From Podarcis tiliguerta (taxonomy: Eukaryota), in NCBI GenBank assembly GCA_965153285.1, contig OZ229126.1: a stretch of DNA of 64,000 nucleotides; one strand, 5' to 3'. Both the position numbers and the translations under genes were made by a program. This document shows positions 12,625-23,598 of the stretch, one piece after another (positions within the stretch are counted from its first letter, which is position 1; each line of letters opens with the position of its first letter). Under the pieces are notes generated by a model. It was not told the origin of the DNA and did not search any database. It worked only from the letters and a program-made list of their open reading frames with translations.

Positions 12625-13045
12625 TGGGCAACATGAGAATGGGCCTTTTCTGTGGGGGCTCCCCACTTGTGGAATGCTCTCCCCAGGGAGGCTTGCCTGG
12701 AACCTTTGTTGCATATTTTTAGGCACCAAGCAAAAACATTTCTCTTTTGGAGCAAGTGTGGTGTAGTGGTTAAGAGCAGTGGACTCGTAATCTGGTGAAC
12801 CAGGTTCGATTCCCTGCTCCTCCGCATGCAGCTGCTGGGTGACCTTGGGCTAGTCACACTTCTCTGAAGTCTCTCAGCCTCACTCACTTCACAGCGTGTT
12901 TGTTGTGGGGGAGGAAGGGAAAGGAGATTGTTAGCCGCTTTGAGACTCCTCTGGGTAGTGATAAAGCAGGATACCAAATCCAAACTCTTCTCCCAGGCCT
13001 TTGCCTAATTAAACAGTCTATGACCTTTTTAAACTGGGGGGGATT
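12625..13045 (+). mobile_element. L2-like 3' fragment interrupted by a SINE
   Basis: gggccttttctgtgggggctccccacttgtggaatgctctccccagggag...aaaacatttctctt [SINE] ctcccaggcctttg. Confidence 0.6.
12749..12990 (+). mobile_element. Squam3-type tRNA/CORE SINE
   Basis: A-box tggtgtagtggtt, B-box ggttcgattcc, CORE gctgggtgaccttgggctagtcac, tail ggagattgttagccgctttgagactcc...ctcttc. Confidence 0.8.
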
Positions 13046-13049
13046 GTGT

Positions 13050-13190
13050 AAATAATAATAATAATAATAATAATAATTTATACCCCACCCATCTGGCTGG
13101 GTTTCCCCAGCTACTCTGGGCAGCTTACAGCACATATAAAAACATAGTAAAATATCAAACATTAAAAACCGGGCTGCCTTGTGTAGTTCT
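13050..13190 (-). mobile_element. L2-like LINE 3' end with (AAT)n tail
   Basis: Reverse-complement homologue of 5383-5553. Confidence 0.7.
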
Positions 13191-13923
13191 TTATCTCCTT
13201 GACATATGATGGGACAGCGTTCCACAGCACAGGGAGGGTGCCACTGAAAGCCTTGGATGAAGCCTTGGGTGAAGGGTGGTACAGAAATTTAATAAATAAA
13301 ATGCCCCCCAGCAGAACAGATCTGGATTTGTCAGCGTATCTGCATTCTCAGCATCCCTTACTTCTCAGCCTGATTGAGAAAGAAACAAACCCAGAGACCA
13401 CTGCTTTTTTTCTAATGATATTTCCCTGTGTATTTTGTGTAAGGAGTGGGTCAGATCCCAGCATAGGAAACGTGCTCACCTATGGAAAAGATTATTGGAG
13501 TTGGGTCACAATATAAAAATACGTTCAGGAGAGACAAGCCCCCTGGAGTTGGCTCCTATGTATGAAACAGCATTAAAAACTATTCCTCATGCATGTGGAT
13601 GAGACATCAAAGAAGAAGAAGCCAATATCCATCACACCTTTTTTTAACATATAAGTGTTGCACTTGGTATTTCCTGGATCAAGATACTGCATTCTGCCTG
13701 AGTGCTCTTCATTTGATGTTTTGATTGGACAGATTCCCTGGCTGACTTCTCTGGATATCTTTAAACCTGAACTAAAAAACTGGTTCAACTACGTCTCAAA
13801 TGCTCTGAAGATCAGGTCTCTTTCTGAGAGGTGGGGAGTTTAGGAACATCTTGAACAACAACATTTTAAAGTTTTATGAATAGGCTTGTAGCAGCTAGAT
13901 ATATTCTACAAAGTAAGGCCTGC

Positions 13924-14309
13924 ACTGGTAGAGCATGAGATTCTTAATCTCAGATGGATCTGAGTCCCATTTGGGCAAAAGATACCTGTACAGTGGTACC
14001 TCGGGTTAAGTACTTAATTCGTTCTGGAGGTCCATACTTAACCTGAAACTGTTCTTAACTTGAAGCACCACTTTAGCTAATGGGGCCTCCTGCTGTTGCT
14101 GCGCCGCCAGAGCCCGATTTCTGTTCTTATCCTGAAGCAAAGTTCTTAACCTGAAGCACTATTTCTGGGTTAGTGGAGTCTGTAACCTGAAACGTATGTA
14201 ACCTGAAGTGTATGTAACCTGAGGTACCACTGTATTGCATGGAGTTGAACTAGATGACCCTCATGGTTCCTACCAACTCTACAATTCTTTGATTCTATTA
14301 TTCTATGAT
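13924..14309 (+). mobile_element. tRNA-Lys-derived SINE with CR1-type 3' tail, interrupted by a MITE
   Basis: ggtagagcatgagattcttaatctcag (tRNA-Lys CTT-like) ... gttgaactagatgaccctc...ccaactctacaattctttgattctat (CR1 3' end). Confidence 0.75.
13991..14232. mobile_element. Tc1/mariner (Tigger-like) MITE, copy 1
   Basis: TA|CAGTGGTACCTC ... GAGGTACCACTG|TA. Confidence 0.9.
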
Positions 14310-15397
14310 CAGGCCATGCCATATATCCATCCTTAACTGTGTAGTGGAGAGCAGAGGATCAAAATTATGTATAAAGTGAATTTGCACAAATTTGCAATGT
14401 TAAGAATGTAAGGGAAAGTACCCCCTCTCACTTGTATTTAGGATACTGCAACACGTCGCAAATTATACTGAAATAGTTACATATCTATATTGCTTATAAA
14501 GACTAAGGCCTTCTCAGAACCAAAACTATTTTATATTTATCCTGTCAAAAATTGTGTTTTGTGCTAAAATTTAAGTTCTGTTACCAATATTTCAGCTTTT
14601 TGCTCACACACCAAGAAATATATTCTGATAGTGTCCTCTTTTACTGCACGTGTGTGTGCATAGTAATTTAAAGTTGTTGGATCTGAAGTTTCAAATGTTT
14701 TTGCCTCCTTCTCTAGGGTCTCCATGTAAAATCTTAGGGGCAGGTGCCAGGCATTTTTTGATTGGGATGGTGAGAATATTTGCTTTTGGCTCCACTTCTG
14801 TGTCTATCAAGTTACATTCCTGAATCACCAGACTGTGCCACAGGCTCCAGCCACCAATCAGCTGGGCACCATCCATTATCTCCTAGGGTCCTTTCTCTGA
14901 GTTATAGGGACTACAGCTCTAGAAACTTGGCAAATCTGTCTACACTTCATGTCTGTACTGCTCTCCTGCAGATGGTAGTAATCACATTGCAACATGAGGG
15001 ATACAGTCTTTGTGCATCCTAAACTGAAGCTGGCATGAGATAGATGCTCTTATTTGCTATATTGTTCATTTGTCTAGAGTTACTGGGCTTCTGTTTAAGA
15101 TAGTCAAAGGCAATACAGTAGTTTTTCAAAAGCTTGATCTGGCTAATCCAGCCACATTCCCACTGAGATGTTGTTGTTGTTTTGGTCATGTTATTACTAT
15201 ACAAATTGAATTTGTATTTTTCCCCCTCATGGCTGCCAATATTTTTAGATTGGGTACATTATCTTGCAAGGAGAGGATTGCTGCAAGAGTTTTATGTGCA
15301 AGCTAACAGGTAGCAAGATAATCCCCAGTGTTAATGTTCCTTCCTCCTTTTAATCTTTTGAAGCTGTTTGTGTACTGATGGCCAAATTGAAGAACGA

Positions 15398-15564
15398 CCG
15401 TATTTTTCTGTCTATAAGACGCCCCCATGTATAAGACGCCCCATATTTGGGGGGACTCCAAATTAAGAAAACACCCCTCAGCATTACCCGTATATAAGAT
15501 GAGCCCCAATTTTAAACCTAATTTTTGGGTAAAAAAACCTAGTCTTATACACGGAAAAATACAG
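15398..15564. mobile_element. Tc1/mariner-pogo MITE (CCGTA termini)
   Basis: CCGTATTTTTC...tataagac ... gtcttata...GAAAAATACAG|TA. Termini related to 6500-6746. Confidence 0.75.
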
Positions 15565-16129
15565 TATTTCCTGCCTGCCTGCTGGTCTCTCAAACCAGTA
15601 CAGGAGCTAAAGCAATGGTGTGAAGACTTATTGTACGGAGAGCAGAAGATTGCCAGCAGTTCAAGTCTTGTAAGAGGAATGCAGAACTCTGCAGTTCTAG
15701 GATCTTAGAGTCTTGAGGGAAGAGGACACTGTTAGAACCAGTATGGGGCATGTAGATCATTGGACAAGGACTAGACAGACCCAGCTTCAAATCCCTATTC
15801 AGAGAAGGGGATGGAGAAAAAGGAGAGGTGGAATCTCAAAGATACCCAGGAACAAAAATTTAATAGCTCGACACATTTCATATACAGTATATTCTTCCTC
15901 AGAGGCACTTAGATACAGCATGCTGTGCCCTCAGCTGTGTTTCTGTGTACCTTTGAGATGCCAGCTTTCCTTCTCTCCCCCCTCTCATATTGGTGCCATT
16001 CCTATTTTTTCCTTTTCAAATCTAGATGAAGATCATGAGGATAAAATGGAGGATAAGACAGCAAGAACCTCAGCAACACTGCTCTGAGTTCTTTGGAGAA
16101 AGGGTGAGATTAAATTGTGTGGAAGTTAC

Positions 16130-16265
16130 TCATTTTATCTCACAACACCTTTGTGAGGTAGGTTAGGCTAAGGTCACCCAGATTGTTTCCTGGCAACTGT
16201 GAACTGGAAACCAGGCCCACTCATCCACCGGGTCCCAGTCCTGCATTCTAACCACTATATCATCC
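16130..16265 (-). mobile_element. Old CORE-SINE fragment
   Basis: cattttatctcacaacacctttgtgaggtaggttaggct...aaggtcacccag...ctaaccactat. Confidence 0.55.
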
Positions 16266-17755
16266 AGGCTTTCCAAATTATAATATTCCAGATATTTAAT
16301 ATTTGTCATTCTGCATCTTATACTCTGTTCCACTGGGCAGCCCCCAAATATAACATCCAGACACACTTGGAGGATGTTTGGAATAACACAACCATCTACA
16401 GGCTCCTTCAGACAACCTGTTTAGCATTCATCCTGATTTGCTCACACAACATCAGAAAGTTAGACTATACCCACTCTTTAATGAGCATTCCTTCTGAGTT
16501 GTTTGCACAGTAGTTATTCAACAGTCAATGAGCGTTCATATTGATTTGCTTACCGGGGTTTTCATACATCTTCCTGTTAATCATTTGTTCACCCTAAACT
16601 TTTCAGAGTATTTCCCCATCACTTTCCTAACAGCAAAAAGTATGTGTGTATTTCTAAGTGGTTTTGTTGCAGAATATTTTAATCCACTGTAAATTTCTGG
16701 TATGTGCTTGAATCAGTTCCACAAAAGTAGTGAGATACTTGAGGCACCCTACAAGTCTGCACTGGTGTGAAAGGCACAGACCATAGCAAATTCTACAGGG
16801 ACAGAGGCTATACTCTTATAGCCACCCAAAACAAGAATTTCAGATAATGGCAAGGTGGCAGCCCATGTGCCTCTTTGAAAAGAGACATAGGCTGTTTATC
16901 CAATAAGAAAATCACCCTCATCCTAGGAAGAGGTTGTGAAGCAATCACAAAAGACTGTGTACAGTCCAGCTCAAAACCCAGATACCACTGCAGGCAAAGC
17001 TCAACAATATACACATTCCAATATATACATGGAATTCCAGTGTACACATGGAATTCTTGGCAACACAAAATATAAACACCCAAGAGCACATATCCATATA
17101 CGCATATGCACACAAAGCAAAAACTGCCCTGCAAAAAAAGAAAGGAATCAGAAGGCAAATAATAAAGTAAGAAAAATTACAAAGAAGCCCATACTTTATC
17201 CCCAGCATCTCTCTCTATAAAGAAGTTATTAAACAAATTTCAAGTGATATATTTAACATACTATGAACGCATAAACAAAATGTAAAATATACAATTTCAT
17301 GAACTATAATAAAGAAATTCCCATACCCTTCTCAACATTACAAATATTCTTTATACTAGCAAATTAGAACTATCACCTAAGCAGCTTTCATTGGTTTGGA
17401 AAAGGGGTGGGTATTTCAATCCAGTTTTGATTTCTTCTTAGGTAATGGAGTGGTAGGTGTTCAGCAAATGCATGCATCTTGCACATTTATAACACAGTGT
17501 GTTAAGCTTTATTGTCCTTCTTTTAATAGTGTATACCAGCAGGGAGCGGGGGGGGGGGGGGAGTCACAGGAACTAGGAGAAATATTTGCAAAGATCAGTT
17601 TGTAAGTATAATTAGTCACTTGTTGTGCCTCTAAATTTTATATATGCAGACACAACTTGCATATATTAGATTTTTCACAGGCATTATTTGGCTATTCTTT
17701 GGCAAATAATAAGTGCAAAATACTGCCTTCAAATTATGCACTATCAATACTACTA

Positions 17756-18000
17756 CAGTGGTACCTCTGGTTACGAACTTAATTTGTTCCAGAGGTCCGT
17801 TCTGAAGCTGAAACCATTCTTATCCTGAGGCGCACTTTCGCTAATGGGGCCTCCCGCTGCGCCCATGCCTCCGGCGCACAATTTCCGTTCGCATCCTGGG
17901 GTAAAGTTCACAACCAGGAGCAGCTATTTCCGGGTTAGCAGAGTTTGTAACCCGAAGCATTCGTAACCAGAAGCGTTTGTAACCACTGGAGGTACCACTG
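17756..18000. mobile_element. Tc1/mariner (Tigger-like) MITE, copy 2
   Basis: TA|CAGTGGTACCTC ... GAGGTACCACTG|TA, with internal homology to copy 1. Confidence 0.9.
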
Positions 18001-18074
18001 TATATTTTTGCTGCATACCACCTCTCTAAATCTATGAAATTTCAGTGTGGTAAACAGCTAAAGTTGCATTTATT

Positions 18075-18315
18075 TAGGGTTGCCATATTTCAAACAGTGA
18101 AAATCTGGACAGAAAAGCTGGGCTTTTTTGCAAAATGGGGGGGGGATGCCAGTTTTGAACTATTTTTATGGGAAATTGGCTAAAACAGCACTGCTGACAT
18201 GGGCTGCCATACATCCGGATTTTCCCAGAAATTTTTACTGATTTCTGTCCAGACACGATTGCAGACTGCATTATTTCTTATACATCTAGGAAATTCCAGA
18301 CGTATGGCAACCCTA
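18075..18315. mobile_element. hAT MITE (TAGGGTTGCCA termini), copy 1
   Basis: TAGGGTTGCCATA ... TATGGCAACCCTA with 8-bp TSD catttatt/cagttatt. Confidence 0.85.
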
Positions 18316-20166
18316 CAGTTATTTATAATTATACCACTTAATGTAATAAAAATCTCTAAGCCGTTTATAGAAACAATAATAATACAACAATATTCAATAG
18401 CATTTCCTTAAAAGAGTCAAAGAAGAGCCCCACTCATCCCCCTGGTTTCTCTGTATGCTGTGACTTTTCCAGTCAGCCTCTATGGGGGGAAAGTAATTCT
18501 GTGGCAAAATTTCTTTTTGTAACTCGTGTAAATGTTACATCCAGATTTGTTTCTCAAATCCAAAAGTCATGGGGCACACCTTTTTGTTTAAATAAGTATC
18601 TGTTTCTGTATACTGTAGTAGCTTACACTCATTTCTCTTTCATACTGGGACCTTGCCGAACGGAAGAAACATTCACAAAACCAAGTAAGAATAGAGATTA
18701 ATTATATAACTTGTCTTGTACAAATCTCAACAGACTAACACAGCCACCGATCGGAAATTTTGTTTTTTAGATGTTCGCATTTGAAACTATTTGTAAAGGA
18801 AATTATATATTTGGAAAAAGATATATAATTTACTTTCCAGAGAGCTTAAAATGTGAACATTTTAAAAACAAAATTTCAGATGGGTGGCAGTGTTGGTCTT
18901 TTGCATTGAAAAATAATAACAAAGAGCCTTGAAACACTAACTAAAAAGTCTTGCAGAAGTCAATCTAATTTTATCTTAGAATAAACTTTTATGTCCACCT
19001 CATCATATGCATTATTTTTTTAAAAAATAAATCAGAATATTCATTCCATAAAGCAGGGGCAACTGCTAAAACAGGGATGAGAAACCAATATTGGGATTGC
19101 AGCTCCCCTCATCCCTGGCTATTAGTCATGGTGGTTGGGGCTGATGGAAGTTGCAGTCCAATGATATGGAGGTCCTGCAGGTTCCCAACCCTGACCTAAA
19201 GTCTCTAAAGAAGAGGAAAGTTCAGCCACGCTGCTGGATTTCCAGAGCTACCAACATTCCTGCCAGCAGAGGGAGCAACAGCAGCACTTGAATGCAAATG
19301 AAAAACTTTTCATTAAAGAAGTCTCTTGTCCTCGTTTTCCAATAGGTGTCATAGGATCCGCCTTACCTTGAACAGATTACATTATGAACGTAAAAGGAAA
19401 AAAAGAAAAACCCCTCCTTCTCTGCCTTTTGGACCTCTTGCAAAACAAAATAAGTCAAAATTAAAATGGATGTGACCAATTGGATGGCTTTGTCAAAACC
19501 TTCAAAGCACAGAATGCCCTGCACACTCTGCTCAAGCAGACAAGATAAACAGATAAACCAGATAATCTATGGGACGGCATGTTCTTTGGGGACTGAAAGT
19601 ATTTCCTTCCCTGCTGCCTATAGGCGGCTTTCTCTGCAGCTTCATTGACTGGGCCACAATGAAACAGAAAATATATGTATGTAATGCATTGCACAAAAAT
19701 ACGGCCTTAGACACATGTATTTAATTCCAACTCAGACTGAATGTCTACACGCTCAAACACTGTGCAGAATGTTTTGTTTGATTATTGGCTCTAGTTTTCT
19801 TGGATGCATAAATCCCTTCTGATCCATATCTGCTCCCATGTCCTCTTTATTCCTCTCGGGTTAGGTACACATTAGCAGCTTAAAATGCAGCAAGGTTGTT
19901 TCCCACCATTGCATTACAAGTCATAGCTCCACATTGCTGTACACACCAGAGAGGGAGCCAGCATGTCTTTAGCTGATGCACATTGCCGTTTTTTGTTTCC
20001 TTGCCCCTGCAGACCACCACCCCCTGGAACACCCATATATGAAACTGTCACTTGTGCTTTCAGACTGAAGCTAATTTGAAGGGAAACACATTAAACAGCA
20101 GCTTTTCTCGTGGAAATACAGGAGAGCGCTACATCATGGGTAGCGTCATGTGTACATGAGATATAA

Positions 20167-20465
20167 GGGCTGCGGGTGGCACTGTGGTCTAAACCACTGA
20201 GCCTCTTGGGCTTGCCAATCAGAAGGTCGGCGGTTTGAATCCCCACGATGGGGTGAGCTCCTGTTGCTCTGTCCCAGCTCCTGCCAACCTAGCAGTTCGA
20301 AAGCATGCCAGTGAGAGTTTCTGTGCACTCTGGTTTAGTCATGCTGGCCACATGACCCGGAAAGCTGTCTGTGGACAAACATCGGCTCCCTTGGCCTGAA
20401 AGCAAGATGAGCTCCACAACCCCATAGTCGCCTTTGACTGGACTTAACCATCCAGGGGTCCTTTA

Positions 20466-20497
<32 letters not shown>
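20167..20497 (+). mobile_element. Sauria SINE with internal deletion and poly-T tail
   Basis: gggctgcgggtggcactgtggtctaaacc head, ggggtcctttaccc followed by a T-run. Flanking tacatgaga duplication. Confidence 0.88.
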
Positions 20498-20778
20498 GTT
20501 ACATGAGAGTACAACATACCCAGAGTAAATAGCAGTGTGTACACAGCCTTAATCAACCACGTATCACAGGACTAAGGCTGAATATGAGATGTGGAGGACA
20601 AACAGGAGATGGCTATAACTATCATGCCTTGCTCGTGAGCTTCTCTGAGGCCTTTTGCAGGTCTGCTGATGCAAAAAGAACAATTGACAAGATAAAATTT
20701 GGCCCATCAAGGCCAAATGCTTTTACATCATATTGTCAGTATTAGTACCACCAAGACTGGTGTATTCCTTATAACTGG

Positions 20779-20859
20779 ATTCATGTATCTCAGGAAAATG
20801 TTTGCATTCATGTATCTCTAGGAAAATGTTTGCATTCATGTATCTCAGGAAAATGTTTG
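20779..20859. repeat. 27-bp minisatellite, three copies (attcatgtatctcaggaaaatgtttgc)
   Basis: Three tandem copies; the middle one has a 1-nt insertion. Confidence 0.9.
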
Positions 20860-23001
20860 TATATTAGTGGATCTATCATCTATCTATTTCTGGGAAGTAC
20901 TGAAATGTTAACAAAATATCTTCTGCACACTAAAAACTTGCTTGCAATGTTTGACACAGTACTGCTGAGTGTTTTTTTCACATGATCAAAATCTGCATTC
21001 CACCAGTTTAATATTGAGATGCTATGGGACCTGTTCCCTACAGTGGGTATTTATAAAAAGCATGTATTAAGCTAGCAACTTCTATGTGGGCAGGTGGCGA
21101 CATGAATAAACTAGTCAAGGTATCTTCTAGTCATGTTAATAGGAACAGTACTTTAAGAGTACTATATGTTTGTTTGTTTAAAATATCTATATACTATCTT
21201 TCCTCGGAAGAGCTCACGGTAAAACCCATGAATAAAAATTTAAAAACATCAGTTATAAACTAACTCTAAAACAAGAACAGAAAAATAGCATTATACAGCA
21301 GAAATAATAATCACAGAAGGCATTCACCTGGTATCCTCTTAAAATTAGACTCATTTCCATTGTTCCCACTCTGAATACCTTGAAAACATAGCCATTTGTA
21401 ACATTTAAAAAGCATTTATTTCTCTACTAATTTATAGCATATAATAAACCACAATTCATTTTCACATGGCCAGTTGTTATACCATATGACTTCCCCTGCA
21501 ACTTTGAAACTATAAAATAAAATGACTACATTTTCTTCTGTAGCTTTTCTTTCCCAATATGCATTCTTAACTTGGGGGGGGGGGGGTTTGCAGTGGAAAA
21601 TTAGCAAAGTTTAAGCGAGTTAACATGTTCAAGAACACCACTGTGGCTAAAAGTATCTGCCTTTTAAGAAGGGGGGAGGTGAATAATTCATCTCTATTTA
21701 GCAACCATCTACTGTCTAGTTGCTGTCCATGTTCTGCTTCTTTTGTCAGTCTCCAGTAGTGTGTCCTTTAGTTATAAGTGAAAACAACCGATCCCCCACT
21801 AAGACACATCTGCTCTGAATTCATATTACAACAGGAGGGGAAAATGACACCTTCAGCTACATAAACCAATAAAGATTGTCTGATATAGTTTGCCCCTGTT
21901 GCTACCAGGCATGCAACCCACTGAGTTAAAGACTGGTGACATCTGCTAAAGAATGTCAATGGTGAGGTGAACAGAAAAAGGTAATGAATCATAGAGTGTC
22001 ATGGATACAGTTTATGAGTTCTAAGGAAAGAGCCTGTTCTATACCACTAGCTAGCCCTGCTCACACAGCACCTGCAAGCGGAACATCATTACTGCCTAGT
22101 ATTTCCCACCATATTTGTGCAGAGCTGTGAATATATCAACTATGCAAAAATGATATTTAAGGCTGAATGTTGCACTTTGGAAAAGTAAAAAAATGTTAAC
22201 TTGGCCCCCTTCTGTATATTATGCATTACACTGCTCCCTATAATTAAATAACCAAATCCTCCTCCTTTTTTCCACCAAAATTATTATAGCATTCAAACTG
22301 GGAAATTCATTTTGGGGCAACTCTTTGGTCCGAATCTATAGCCATTTTTCAGTGTGGGCATTTTGCAGCACATGTCCTGAGTTCAATAGGGCTTACTCCC
22401 AAATGTATTAATAGGAATGGATTTCCAAGTTTCTCTTTTTTAATTTGTTAGAGGAACTTAACAGAAGGAAAATGTTTTGTTGTTTTAGGATTCCACACAC
22501 AAGAAAGAGATTGCTGGGGCCAATTTGTTTATCTTTCTATAACCAGTTGGTTCCCCTCCACTAATGTAAGGCTAAGGGATCCTGCTAAGCCCTCTATCAG
22601 CTGAATAGGGATCGGGCAACCTTCAGAGATTCTCCCTTCCCCCTGCAGCCCCCTGTGCCACTTCCCAAGCAAATGGCTTCCCAACCTTCTGTTGCAGATT
22701 TGAGGTTTCCTTCTCCCATTACCAGAAGGCTGTGCTGGATGAAAGAGCCACTTCTCAGGAAAAGGAAACCAACTGGATACAACCCAGTGCATCGTAAGCA
22801 GTTTTATAAAGTAAGACACACACCTGTACTCATCAATACCTAAGCAGCTCTGTCCCTACAAAACATAAGCACACTGGCCAAAAACTGATCCTCAAAAATA
22901 AATGAGTAAAATACTACTTTGTAGTAGATGTAGCAGGTATGCACATGTACCCTAACGCACAATACAAAGGAAATATTAAACATCAGTGGATTAGTATATC
23001 T

Positions 23002-23598
23002 CATGGGTAGGCGCAGGTGGCGCTGTGGTCTGAACCACAGAGCCTAGGACTTGCCAATCAGAAGGTCGGTGGTTCGAATCCCCGTGATGGGGTGAGCTCC
23101 TGTTGCTCGGTCCCTGCTCCTGCCAACCTAGCAGTTTGAAAGCTCATTAAAGTGCAATTAGATAAATAGGTACTGCTCCAGCGGGAAGGTAAACGGCGTT
23201 TCCGTACGCTGCTCTGGTTCGCCAAAAGCGGCTTAGTCATGCTGGCCACATGATCCTGAAGCTGTACGCCAGCTCCCTCGGTCAATAAAGCGAGATGAGC
23301 GCTTCAACCCCAGAGTCAGCCATGACTGGACCTAATGGTCAGGGATCCCTTTACCTTTATGGGTGGGCAGATTAAGGCCTGGGGGCCAGATCTGGCCCTT
23401 CTAAATCTAGCCCACAGATGGTCTGGGAATTAGCGTGTTTTTACATGAGTAGAATGTGTCCTTTTATTTAAAATGCATCTCTGGGTTATTTGTGGGGCCT
23501 AGGAATTTGTTCATTATTATTTTTCAAAATCTAGTCCTGGCCCCCAAGTCCTGGCCCCCAAGGTCTGAGGGTTTGCTGAAAAGGTTTACTGACCCCTG
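23002..23598. mobile_element. hAT (Charlie-like) MITE containing a nested SINE
   Basis: Perfect 8-bp TSD GTATATCT at 22994-23001 and 23599-23606. Termini CATGGGTAGGC / actgaCCCCTG. Confidence 0.8.
23013..23358 (+). mobile_element. Sauria SINE (Squam1)
   Basis: gcaggtggcgctgtggtct head, ccctttaccttt tail, TSD atgggt(a/g)ggc. Confidence 0.92.

Noticed and set aside
12680-12689. Perfect EBF1-type palindrome TCCCCAGGGA
   Set aside because: Lies inside an L2 fragment and is probably part of the repeat consensus; no supporting context.
12749-12830. tRNA-like sequence (also at 13924-13980 and the Sauria SINE heads)
   Set aside because: These are SINE heads followed by SINE bodies and tails, degenerate and without an intact cloverleaf. 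They are not tRNA genes.
20779-20859. CRISPR-like array
   Set aside because: Direct tandem repeats with no spacers, in a vertebrate intron.
21400-21600. Possible L1 ORF2 C-terminal remnant on the minus strand
   Set aside because: Only a vague compositional resemblance; too degenerate to support without a search.
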